From an uncultured Acidobacteriota bacterium (GTDB lineage Bacteria; Acidobacteriota; Polarisedimenticolia; J045): 64,000 nucleotides of DNA. Under the pieces are notes generated by a model. That model saw only the letters and a program-made list of their open reading frames with translations, was not told the origin of the DNA and did no database searches. The translations under genes were made by a program, and so were the position numbers. Within the stretch, counting starts at the first letter, position 1; the number at the start of each line of letters is the position of its first letter. Location of the stretch: the NCBI GenBank assembly GCA_963702425.1, contig CAVPCQ010000005.1, positions 1 to 64,000 of the forward strand, given 5' to 3'. Shown one piece after another: positions 40,487-49,588 of the stretch.

Positions 40487-41644
40487 TCAGGAGCCCGCGG
40501 GGGCCCCGGAGCCGCCCCCTGCGGCGGGTCCCTGCGCGGCCGGAGGCGGGGTCACCTGGAGCCGGACCGGAACCTCGAGCCGCGGCGCCTTGGGGTGGGA
40601 GGTGGTCACCACCAGCGTCCCGAGGTGGACCCCGGGCGCCAGGGCGGGGCCGCGAACCGCGATCTCGATCGGATGGACCCCGGCCGGGCCCGCGTTCAGG
40701 GAGCGCGCGGTGGCGCCGGCGAGGTCGCCTTCGACGGCGAGCCCGGTGACCTCGAACTGCTGGGCCCCGCTCGCCCGGAGATCGACCCGGCCGTAGGCCG
40801 CCACGGCGGCGCCCTGGGCGACGATCGACACCGCCGGCGGGTAGGCCTCGAGCGGCGCTGCGACCCGGATCCAGACCGGCAGGTTGATCGTGGGGCGCGC
40901 CGGGTGGTTGGTCTTGAGCGCGAGCGAGGCGTTCTGCTGCGTCGCCGCGTCCGCCGGACCGAAGCTCAGGGTCGCCTTCACATCGCCGGCTTTCGTTCCG
41001 CCGGGAACGCCCGGGGTGCCCGGGTCCGCGGCCGTCACCGGCTCGAACCGGGCCTCGACACCGGCCGGAAGCGCCGCGCCGTCGGCCAGTCCGACCTGCA
41101 GCGGCTGCCCGTCGTCACGCCGGAAATAGACCGAGGCGGTCGCCTTGTCACCGATCGTGGTCGGGAGGGCGATCGTCCCCGGCGGGAACTGCGCGACCGG
41201 CATCTTCACGTCGAATGCGATCGTCAGGTACGGATTCGGTTGCGCCGGATCGTTGGTCGTGACGGCGATCGACTTCGTGACCCGCCCCTGGTAACCGCGG
41301 GTGTGGACCTTGGCGACGATCTTCCCCGACCCACCGGGCGGGATGGCCGAGTCGTACTCGGCGACGGTACAGCCTCACCCAGGCTTCACCTGGAGCAGCT
41401 TGAGCTCCGCGTTGCCGGTGTTCTTCACCACGAAGGTCCCGACCGCGTCATCCCCCTCGGGGATCGAGCCGAGATCGACGTTGAGCGCCTCGAAGGCGGC
41501 GGCGGGCGCGGGCGCTCCGGGTGCAGCCACGGGGACGACGGCCGGCGCGGGGGGCGCGCCGGCGGCCGGCGCCTTCTCCGCGGCCGGCACGGCGGCGGCG
41601 GCCATGAGGAGCGGCAGGAGCACAGCGAACGGGCGGCGGCCCAT
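40487..41644 (-). CDS. DUF1573 (Ig-like) secreted protein, probable selenoprotein (in-frame UGA at 41375-41377, codon 90)
   Basis: ORF-track fragments 41375..42055 and 40487..41209 are in the same frame and separated by one TGA: F.VKNTGNAELKLLQVKPG-U-GCTVAEYDSAIPPGGSGKI...KSIAVTTNDP. GGAGG RBS and signal peptide present; 385 aa if read through. Confidence 0.8.
41346..41362 (-). other. Candidate bacterial SECIS hairpin
   Basis: GCCGAGU-ACG-ACUCGGC perfect 7-bp stem starting 12 nt 3' of the UGA. Confidence 0.55.
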
Positions 41645-41718
41645 CGAACCCTCCACGAGAGGCTGGGGATTGTACGGTGTGTGGGGCGCCGCGCCCACCG
41701 TGGCCGAGACGATCCGGG

Positions 41719-42771
41719 CTAGCGACGCCGGGTGCCGCCCGGCGAGACGAGGGTCTCGATGAAGATCGACAGCATCTCCTGGTCGAAATGCGCGCCCATC
41801 TCGCGCCGCATCAGCCACAGCGCCTGGAACCCGGTGAACGCCGGACGGTTGCGGAACGAGGTCGTCAGGGTGTCGAAGGCGTCGGCGATCCGGACCAGTC
41901 GGGCGGCGAACGGGATCGCGCGACCGGTGAGCCCGGCCGGGAAGCCGCTGCCGTCGGCGTTCTCGTGGTGATGCGCGACCACCTCGAGGCAGGTCCGGTC
42001 GTCCCAGCCGGCCTCGCGCAGCAGCGAGGTGCCGCGCATCGCGTGCTCGCACCACTTCGGGTAGTCGGGGTCCCCGGGCGGGCAGTCCTTCTCGGTGATC
42101 GAGCGCGGCAGGCCGGCCTTGCCGATGTCGTGCAGCAGCGCGGCCCGCCCGATCCGGGCCACCTCGTCGAGATCGCCGACGCCGCAGGCGAGCGCCAGCT
42201 CGGTCGTGTAGAACGCAGCGTGCTGGCAGTGCGAGAGCGAGTTGTAGTCCAGACGCATCAGCTGGACCATCGTCCCGTAGGCGGCCGGCTCGTCCATCAG
42301 GAAGCGCCCGGTCGCCTCCGCGACGTGGTGCACGCGCTCCGGTAGCCCGGGCGAGGCCAGGTCGGCCATCGCCGCCTCCACCACGCGGCGCGAGACGCCG
42401 AGCAGCGCGACGCAGCGCTGGTCGACCGGCCGGCAGGGATCGCCGAGGACCTGCGGCAGCCGGGCCTCGTCGGGCGGCAGCGGCGGTGCCGGTGGGACGG
42501 CCGCGGGGGGCGGGCCGAGCGGCGCCTTGTTGTGGCGGACCCGGTAGCTCTCGAACACCCCCATCTGCCCGGCCGGGACGAGCAGCCGCTCGACCCCGTT
42601 GGCGATCAGCCGCGCCTGGATCTCCGGCGTGAACTCCATGTCCTTGTGGCGGTAGTGCAGCGGCTTGCGCCCGGGGTGCCAGAGATAGAGGTCGAAGTCG
42701 AGCACCGTCGCCGGCTCGAGGTGCTCGAGCTGGATCGCGAAGAAGTTCGGATCGACGGCCACCGACTCCAC
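41719..42771 (-). CDS. HD-GYP domain phosphodiesterase (c-di-GMP)
   Basis: GTG after GGAGGGG; LLHDIGK, HHENADGSGFP.GL.G..IP..AR..IADAFD, HFD motifs (GFP variant of GYP). Confidence 0.85.
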   Translation of the reverse strand: MESVAVDPNFFAIQLEHLEPATVLDFDLYLWHPGRKPLHYRHKDMEFTPEIQARLIANGVERLLVPAGQMGVFESYRVRHNKAPLGPPPAAVPPAPPLPPDEARLPQVLGDPCRPVDQRCVALLGVSRRVVEAAMADLASPGLPERVHHVAEATGRFLMDEPAAYGTMVQLMRLDYNSLSHCQHAAFYTTELALACGVGDLDEVARIGRAALLHDIGKAGLPRSITEKDCPPGDPDYPKWCEHAMRGTSLLREAGWDDRTCLEVVAHHHENADGSGFPAGLTGRAIPFAARLVRIADAFDTLTTSFRNRPAFTGFQALWLMRREMGAHFDQEMLSIFIETLVSPGGTRRR

Positions 42772-42808
42772 GGTCTCTCCCCTCCGGCGCCGCAGCGGGT
42801 TACCGCTC

Positions 42809-42835
42809 TCATCGGCCGCGGACGGCGGCCCTTGA
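42809..42835 (-). promoter_or_regulatory. Putative sigma28 (FliA) promoter of the HD-GYP gene
   Basis: TCAAG-ggccgccgtccgcg-GCCGATGA, with boxes and spacing identical to 23236-23262. Confidence 0.65.
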
Positions 42836-42869
42836 ACCGGGAACGGGGGATTCATGCGGGAGCAGCGGC

Positions 42870-42957
42870 TGGCGGAGGGGGCGGGATTCGAACCCGCGGT
42901 GGCTTGCGCCACGCCGGTTTTCAAGACCGGATCCTTAAACCGCTCGGACACCCCTCC
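42870..42957 (-). tRNA. tRNA-Ser(TGA)
   Basis: GGAGGGG/CCCCTCC acceptor stem + GCCA; anticodon arm CCGGT-CTTGAAA-ACCGG; long variable arm; GGTTCGAATCC. TACAAT -10 box just upstream. Confidence 0.96.
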
Positions 42958-43013
42958 GGCTGCTCCATTGTAGAGGGGACCGGCGATCGGGCCCGCGGTC
43001 CGGCGCCGGGGAC

Positions 43014-43922
43014 TCAGACCCCGACCGTCTCGTGCGCCGCGGCCACTGCCGGACCGGTGACCGTCCGCCCGCTCTCGATCGCGACCCGCTGCGCGAGCCG
43101 CACCAGCGCTTCGGCGGCCGGCGCGCTCGGCGCGAGCGCGATCAGCGGCTGCAGCATCCGCATCGACATCTCGACCTGCGGGTCGTCGGGAACCTCGGCC
43201 AGCAGGGGCAGCTCGAGCCCGCCCAGCTGCTGGGCCAAGGAACGCAGGTGCTGCTCGGCGCTCACCCCCGTCCCGGGGCGACAGCGGTTCAGGATCAGAG
43301 CCGGGCGCAGCGTTCCGCGCTCCACGGCCGACTCCTCGCGCAGTGCGTTCATGTCGCGTACCAGGTCGTCGAGCGAGGTGTAGACGCGCGGCCGGCGCGG
43401 CGACTTGCCCCGCTGCCCGCGCGTGGAGCGGCGCACGCGGGCCAGCGACAGCAGGCGCCGGGCGTCGGCCAGCGAGACCGGGTCGGGCGTGGCGACGACG
43501 ACCTGCTGGTCACCGGCCAGGAACAGGTCGAGCACCTGCGGCGTCACGCCGCCGGGCAGATCGACGACGACCACCTCGGCGTCGAGCTGCCTGAGGCCGT
43601 GCGCCAGCTGCACGATCTCGGCCCCGGTGAGACCCGACATGCGCAGCGTCTCGCCGGTACCGGGAACGAGCGACAGCAGCGGGTGGCCGGCGACCGGCAT
43701 CACCGCGTCCTTCATCGCGGCGACCTCGCCGCGGAGCAGTTCGAGCAGACCGCGCTGCGGCGAGAGCACCCCGAGCATCAGGTGCAGGTCCGCACAGCCC
43801 AGGTCGAGATCGACGAGCGTGGTGCGCACGCCGGAGTGCGCGAGCGCCAGGCCGAGGTTGGCCGCGAGGAACGACTTCCCCGTTCCACCCTTTCCTGAGC
43901 CGAGCGTGATGACGCGCGCCAC
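43014..43922 (-). CDS. MinD/FlhG(FleN)-family P-loop ATPase
   Basis: ITLGSGKGGTGKS..AANL, VDLDLGCADL, VVDLPGG, VATPDPVSLADA, LILNR. Confidence 0.85.
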   Translation of the reverse strand: MARVITLGSGKGGTGKSFLAANLGLALAHSGVRTTLVDLDLGCADLHLMLGVLSPQRGLLELLRGEVAAMKDAVMPVAGHPLLSLVPGTGETLRMSGLTGAEIVQLAHGLRQLDAEVVVVDLPGGVTPQVLDLFLAGDQQVVVATPDPVSLADARRLLSLARVRRSTRGQRGKSPRRPRVYTSLDDLVRDMNALREESAVERGTLRPALILNRCRPGTGVSAEQHLRSLAQQLGGLELPLLAEVPDDPQVEMSMRMLQPLIALAPSAPAAEALVRLAQRVAIESGRTVTGPAVAAAHETVGV

Positions 43923-44060
43923 ACGTTCCTCCCGATCGGGAAGATGGGGAATGCGCGGCGACGAAGCAACGGTTTTCGCTCGTCGTGCGCGGGTTTCCGC
44001 GAACCTTCGCCGCAAACGAACGGGCGCGGAAGAACCCGGCGGAAGCGGAGCGGCCGGTGT

Positions 44061-44426
44061 TCAATCCCTGAGCACCTGGCCAAACGCGTCGCGGTCGATG
44101 ACGCCGACCAGGAGCAGGATCCCCTCGATGAAGCCCCACGCTCCGGCGATCAGCCAGGTCAGGCCGCAGGTCAGGGGCGAGAGCACGGTGAGCAGCAGCT
44201 GCGCGAGCCCGATCCCGACGAAGCCCAGGTAGAAGCGGTGCACGCCGAGCGAGCCGAGGAAGATCCCGAGCAGTCCCGCCCCGAGCCGCGACTTCGTGTG
44301 CGGCCCTGCACCCGGCACCCCGGTCGCGACGGGATCGGCACCCGCGGCTCCCGGCGCGGGCGCGCCGCAGCCGATGCAGACCACCGCGTGGGGTGCGAGT
44401 TCCTTGCCGCAATACGAGCAGTACAT
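44061..44426 (-). CDS. Zinc-ribbon plus TM2 domain membrane protein
   Basis: MYCSYCG...CIGCG; KSRLGAGLLGIFLGSLGVHRFYLG; WGFIEGIL. Confidence 0.88.
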   Translation of the reverse strand: MYCSYCGKELAPHAVVCIGCGAPAPGAAGADPVATGVPGAGPHTKSRLGAGLLGIFLGSLGVHRFYLGFVGIGLAQLLLTVLSPLTCGLTWLIAGAWGFIEGILLLVGVIDRDAFGQVLRD

Positions 44427-44522
44427 GCGTCCTCCCCTTTCCGCGGAATGGTACGAGAGCGCGGCCGCGGGGGTTTCACCGGGACTCCGAACGGGCGCCC
44501 GCGGGGGGGCGAGCGGTCGCCG

Positions 44523-45812
44523 TCAGGCGCTCGGGCGCCGGCCGGCGCGCGCCACCATGCGGACCAGCGGCCTCACGAAGGACCGTTCGAGCCAGAACCA
44601 GCGCAGCCCCAGCGCGATGTAGATCGCGCTGAAGATCCACTTCTCGGTGTTGAAGAGCTGCTGGTGCTGGACGGCCGGGGTGAAGTTCTCGATGAACACG
44701 GAGGCCGCGAACTGGGCGACGAAGAGCACGAGCAGCCACATCGCCTCGCCGATCGCGAAGCGCCGGTTGAGCACGATCGCCAGCGCGAAGAACGACTGGG
44801 CCGAGGTCAGGAGCAGCTCCCCGGTCTGGCGCGGGTCGAGCGGGAGCTGGTGCCAAGGCAGGCCGTGGTAGACGAGCGCCGTCGCGTAGGCGATCGGGAC
44901 CATGCTGACGAGCAGCGTCCACTGGTTGACCTTCGACGACACCAGGGTTCCGAAGCCGGCCGCCGCCTGGCCGCGCAGCGCGAAGATCAGCACGATCAGG
45001 AACTCCGGCGACTCGCTGGCCAGCGGCGCGAGCCACTGGATCAGCAGGAACTCCGACACCCCCCAGGCGTGGCCGGTCAGCTTGAGCCCTTCGGCGAACG
45101 GCTCGGCCGAGGCGAACAGCACCGCGCCGGCGTACGCGAAGAGCGCCCCGGTGACCAGCCGCCGCGCCGCCGTCGGCAGGCCACCGACGATCCCGACCGG
45201 TCCACCTTCGAGTTCCGGCTCGTGGACCTCCTGCCGCGTCACGTAGCGCAGGTAGAACCCGAAGATCGCCAGGAACACGACCGAGTCGAAGAGGTTCAGG
45301 CTCCCCTTGAGCGGGACCACGAACGAATAGAGCGTGGCCAGCGCGAGGAAGAAGGTCTCGCCCCACCGCGAGCGTTCGATGCGGATCAGCTTCTGGCCCC
45401 GCGTCCAGAGCACGGCGAGCGCGATCGCCGGCCAGCCGATGCCGATCAGCAGCCGGTTGGCGCCGGTCATGTTGGCCAGCGCCAGCGGGGCGTTGGCCGG
45501 AACCGTGGCGGCCGTCCACGCGAGGTAGATGTCGACCGTGTACTCGGGGAGCACCGCCAGCAGGGCCACCATCGCCGTCGCGAGGTTGCGGCTGACGTCG
45601 AACTGCATCAGCTCCGCCGCCCAGGAGACGACGAACGCCCCCGCGAGCACGCCGATCCCGAAGACGAGGCTCGCCATCGGGGCGCTCAGCTGGCCGCCGC
45701 TCCACGCGATCGTGCCGCTCGCCTCGTCGGGGCGCGCGCCGGCCAGGCGTAGCAGCAGCGCCGGTAGCCCGGCGGCGAGGGCGACCAGCATCGTGAGGAG
45801 CGCTCTCTGCAT
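44523..45812 (-). CDS. Ca2+/cation (sodium:calcium) antiporter family protein
   Basis: Alpha-repeats AVLPEY...ANMTGAN and ASESPEF...SSKVNQW; about 11 TM helices. Confidence 0.85.
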   Translation of the reverse strand: MQRALLTMLVALAAGLPALLLRLAGARPDEASGTIAWSGGQLSAPMASLVFGIGVLAGAFVVSWAAELMQFDVSRNLATAMVALLAVLPEYTVDIYLAWTAATVPANAPLALANMTGANRLLIGIGWPAIALAVLWTRGQKLIRIERSRWGETFFLALATLYSFVVPLKGSLNLFDSVVFLAIFGFYLRYVTRQEVHEPELEGGPVGIVGGLPTAARRLVTGALFAYAGAVLFASAEPFAEGLKLTGHAWGVSEFLLIQWLAPLASESPEFLIVLIFALRGQAAAGFGTLVSSKVNQWTLLVSMVPIAYATALVYHGLPWHQLPLDPRQTGELLLTSAQSFFALAIVLNRRFAIGEAMWLLVLFVAQFAASVFIENFTPAVQHQQLFNTEKWIFSAIYIALGLRWFWLERSFVRPLVRMVARAGRRPSA

Positions 45813-45918
45813 GGGATCCCCGGCGTCGCGCGGGCCGACAGCAAGCGGGCGGGCCCGAAGACCCGCCCGACTCGGAACGATAGCACAGGGGGCGGCGCCG
45901 GGGGCGCCGCCCGGGCCC

Positions 45919-46929
45919 TCACGAGAGGTACTGGCCGAGCCGCTCCGTGAGGTCCACCACGCGCTGCGAGTAGCCCCACTCGTTGTCGTACCAGGCCAGG
46001 CAGCGCAGTTCCTTCGGCCCGACCATCAGGGTCGACGGCGCGTCGAAGATCGAACTGTGCGGGTTGCCGATGATGTCGGACGACACCAGCGCCTCTTCCG
46101 AGTACTGGAGCACGCGCTTCAGGGGCCCGAGCGCGGCAGTCTTCATCGCCGCATTGACCTCCTCGGCGGTCGTCGTCCGGTTCAGCCGTACGACGAGGTC
46201 GACGACCGAGCCGTCCGGAACCGGGACGCGGATCGCGGTGCCGTCGAGCCGTCCTTTCAGTTCCGGCAGCACCTTGCCCACCGCGCGCGCGGCCCCGGTC
46301 GTGGTCGGGATCAGGTTCTCGGCCGCCATCCGGGCGCGCCGGAAGTCCTTGTGCGGGACGTCGGCCAGCCGCTGGTCGTTGGTATAGGCGTGGACGGTCG
46401 TCATGAAACCGCGCTCGATGCCGAAGCTGTCGTGCAGCACCTTCGCAACCGGGGCGAGACAGTTCGTCGTGCACGAGGCGTTGCTGACGATGTTGCTTCC
46501 CGGCCCCAGCACGCCGTCGTTGACGCCGAGCACGACGATCGCGTCGACCTCGTCCTTCGGTGGCACGGTCAGGATGACCTTCCTGGCCCCCGCCGCGAGG
46601 TGCGGCTCGAGCTTCGCGCGGTCCCGGAAGATACCGGTCGCCTCGATCACCACGTCGACGCCGACCGCCTTCCAAGGCAGCTTCGCCGGATCCTTCTCCG
46701 AGGTCAGCCGGACCTTGCGCCCGTCGAGGATCAGCGCCCCGTCCTCCCAGCTGATCGTGCGCTTGAACGGCCCCATGACCGTGTCGTAGCGCAGCATGTA
46801 GGCCAGCGTCTTGGCGTCGAACAGGTCGTTGATCGCCACGACCTCCATGTCGTCGCGGTGGCTCATGATCCGGAAGACGGCACGGCCGATGCGCCCGAAT
46901 CCGTTGATTCCGACCTTGATCTTCGTCAT
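45919..46929 (-). CDS. gap: Type I glyceraldehyde-3-phosphate dehydrogenase
   Basis: GINGFGRIGR, SNASCTTNCLAP, TVHAYTNDQ, PTTTGAA, AIRVP, WYDNEWGY. Confidence 0.95.
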   Translation of the reverse strand: MTKIKVGINGFGRIGRAVFRIMSHRDDMEVVAINDLFDAKTLAYMLRYDTVMGPFKRTISWEDGALILDGRKVRLTSEKDPAKLPWKAVGVDVVIEATGIFRDRAKLEPHLAAGARKVILTVPPKDEVDAIVVLGVNDGVLGPGSNIVSNASCTTNCLAPVAKVLHDSFGIERGFMTTVHAYTNDQRLADVPHKDFRRARMAAENLIPTTTGAARAVGKVLPELKGRLDGTAIRVPVPDGSVVDLVVRLNRTTTAEEVNAAMKTAALGPLKRVLQYSEEALVSSDIIGNPHSSIFDAPSTLMVGPKELRCLAWYDNEWGYSQRVVDLTERLGQYLS

Positions 46930-47964
46930 GCCCGCACCTCCGGGAGCTTGCCGTCCTGCCGACCGCAGAGCCGCACGAGGTCGGTGACGCGGTTCGCGTA
47001 GCCCCAGCTGTTGTCGAACCAGAGCAGGACCTTGGCCAGGTTCCCCTCCTGGACCATCGTCGCCAGCGAGTCGAAGTGCGACGAGTACGGGCTCTTGAGC
47101 ACGTCGCTGCTGACGATCGGGTCTTCGAGGTACTCGAGGATGGCGCGGTAGGGCCCGGCGGCGGCGCTGCGCATGATCTCGTTGATGCCGTCCTTCGTCA
47201 CCGCTTTGCCGAACCAGAGCGTGAGGTCGACGATCGAGCCGTTCTGCACCGGCACCGAGAGCGCCGCGGCCGTCAGCTTCCCCGCGATCGGCGGCAGGAC
47301 CTCGCCGATCACCGCGGCCGCATTCGTCTCGGAGGGGATGATGTTCTGCGCGGCCGCGCGGGAGTTGCGGAGGTTGGTGCCCGCCGGCACGTCGGCCAGG
47401 CGCTGCGCATTGGTGTAGGCGTGGATCGTGGTCAGGTGCGCGCGCTCGATCCCGAAGGCGTCGTTCAGCGCCGCCAGGGCCGGCGTCGTGGCGTGCGCGG
47501 TGCACGAAGCGGCGCTGATCACCTTGTGCGCCGGGCTTCAGCACGCGGTCGTTGACGCCGTAGACGATGTACGCGTCGGGGTGCTCGGCCGGCGTCGGCG
47601 GCGCGCAGAGGACCACGCGGCGGGCGCCGGCGTCGAGGTGCCGGCGCAGCGCGCCGACGTCGCGCGGCTTGCCGGTGGCTTCGATCACGTAGTCGACGCC
47701 GTAGTCGCTCCAGCGGATCTCCCCCGGCTCTCGGGCGTTGAGCAGCGGAATCTCGCGGCCCCAGGTGTAGAGCTTGCCGTCCCGGTGGCGGACTTCGTCC
47801 TCGAAGCGGCCGAAGGTCGTGTCGTAGCGCAGGAGGTAGGTCAGGGCCTCCGGGTCGGCGATGTCCGAGATCGCGCCGATCCGGATCTCCTCGCTGCGGG
47901 CGAGGAGCCGGAAGACGTTCCTCCCGATGCGACCGAAGCCCATGAGCCCGATCGTAATCGGCAT
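46926..47964 (-). CDS. Divergent GAPDH-family paralog, frameshifted near 47533
   Basis: GLMGFGRIGR N-domain joins (one extra base) to HKVISAASCTAHA, TIHAYTNAQ, WFDNSWGY; stop overlaps the gap start (ATGA). Confidence 0.85.
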
Positions 47965-48080
47965 GTGCGGTGTCCCCTTTCTGCGTGGACTGCGTGGTCC
48001 GGCCTGCGGCGGGCCCCTCGCCCGCGGCACGGCCGCAAGGGTTCATATTATGCCGCGGCGACCGGAAGGCTAACCGGTGG

Positions 48081-48932
48081 CTAAGGTTTCGCCGCGGGCC
48101 GGCTCCTCCCCGGAGACCCCGCCAGCAGCACCGCGGCCACCAGCAGGAGGCCCCCGGCCAGGGTCGGCCAGCCGAGCCGCTCGCCGAAGACCACCCAGCC
48201 GAGGAAGGCCCCGAAGACCGTCGTCAGCGGGTTGGCCAGCGTCGCTCGCCCGGCCGGCACCCGGTACAGCCCGCGGGTCAGGAAGATCTGCCCCAGCTGG
48301 CCGGCGAGCGCGATGAACCCCAGGCCGAGCCACTCGGCGCCACTGGGCCAGACCGGCCCGGCGGCGACGGTCCCGGGCACCGCCAACACGACGCTCACCG
48401 CGGGGAACCAGAAGACGAGGGCCATCGGGTGCTCCGTGCGCGACGCGTCGCGCACCGCGACGTAGGCGCCGGCGCTGAACAGCGCGCCGCAGAGCGCGAC
48501 CAGCACGCCCCAGCCGCCGACGAACGACGCCGCCGCGCCGGGCTGCACCAGGACCGCGACCCCGGCGATCGCCAGCGCCAGCGCGGGGGCGAAGCGGCGT
48601 CCCGGCGGCTCGCGCAGGAACAGCCAGGCGAAGGCGGCGGCGAAGACCGGGTGCGTCTGCTGGATCAGGATCGCCTCGGCCAGCGGCAGGTGGTGCACCG
48701 ACCAGAAGTAGCAGGAGAGCGCCGCGTAGCCGAGCGCGCCGCGCAACAGCAGGATGCCGGGGCGACGCCCGCGCCACGACACCCCGGCAGAGGAGAGCCA
48801 CCAGAGGGTCAGCAGCGCGCACAGGACCCCCCGCACGAGGACGATCTGCTGCATCGGCACCCGCTCCCCGACGATCTTGGCGGCCGCCGCCATGACCGCG
48901 AAGAAGAGGGACGAGAGGACCATCTCGCGCAT
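48081..48932 (-). CDS. DMT/EamA family transporter
   Basis: About 10 TM helices; LLLRG..G, LPLAEA, P.F...FAWLFLRE, GQIFLTRG, VFGE motifs. Start uncertain. Confidence 0.85.
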   Translation of the reverse strand: MREMVLSSLFFAVMAAAAKIVGERVPMQQIVLVRGVLCALLTLWWLSSAGVSWRGRRPGILLLRGALGYAALSCYFWSVHHLPLAEAILIQQTHPVFAAAFAWLFLREPPGRRFAPALALAIAGVAVLVQPGAAASFVGGWGVLVALCGALFSAGAYVAVRDASRTEHPMALVFWFPAVSVVLAVPGTVAAGPVWPSGAEWLGLGFIALAGQLGQIFLTRGLYRVPAGRATLANPLTTVFGAFLGWVVFGERLGWPTLAGGLLLVAAVLLAGSPGRSRPAAKP

Positions 48933-49021
48933 GAGCGGATGAGGATATCCGGGATCGAGCGTCGCAGCGGGCGCCCGATCCTCGCCGAGCGCCGGAAGGG
49001 CCCCGGCCCCGCGCTTCACGG

Positions 49022-49588
49022 ATGATCCGGGCTAAGATGCGCCGGTGCAGGGACCCGGCGGCGCTGCCGTACGAGGGCCTATTGGATCGGTTGACGCGAC
49101 GGACGGTGGTGCGGCTCGCGGTGCTCGCGGGGCTGCTGCTGCTGTTTCCGGCCGCCGCGATCCTGCTCCACGAGACCGGATCGCCACCACCCCGCCCGAC
49201 CGCGTTCGCGCTCACGGGCGCGCTCGAGTCCGCAGCCGGCCCGTCCGGTTCGATCGAGTACCTCGTGCGCCTCGAGCTCCGGAGCCGGGCCGGCGTCCCG
49301 TGGCGGGTCGACCAGGTCTTTCTCACGCTGCTCGACGGCGAGCGTCCGGTCTCGACGCTGATCGAGGACCCCCCCGCGCTCGCGGCGCACCACCCCGGCG
49401 CAGTCGACGTCCCGGCCGGCGCGCGCACGCCGCTCGGAACGTTCGCGATCGTGGTCCCGGAGGGGGCGGGCGGCGACGTGCTGCTGGCGACCGTCCGGCT
49501 GACCGAGCCGGCGTCGGGAGGCTCGGCTACGGTGCAGGTGGAGCTGCCGGTGGACCCGGCGAAGCCGCAGGCGGAGACGGGCCGCTGA
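49022..49588 (+). CDS. Hypothetical membrane-anchored protein
   Basis: Single hydrophobic helix then a beta-rich domain; fills the gap; start uncertain. Confidence 0.5.
   Translation: MIRAKMRRCRDPAALPYEGLLDRLTRRTVVRLAVLAGLLLLFPAAAILLHETGSPPPRPTAFALTGALESAAGPSGSIEYLVRLELRSRAGVPWRVDQVFLTLLDGERPVSTLIEDPPALAAHHPGAVDVPAGARTPLGTFAIVVPEGAGGDVLLATVRLTEPASGGSATVQVELPVDPAKPQAETGR

Noticed and set aside
42781-42810. CCTCCGG...AGCGGGTTACC resembling the 3' half of a c-di-GMP-I riboswitch beside the HD-GYP gene
   Set aside because: It is on the wrong strand for the gene and lacks the 5' GAAA tetraloop arm.
42870-42957. tRNA-Ser as an island integration site, or as a UGA-decoding tRNA-Sec for the nearby in-frame UGA
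   Set aside because: No integrase or duplicated 3' end seen. The anticodon is TGA (reads UCA Ser codons), not TCA, and the acceptor stem is a normal 7 bp.
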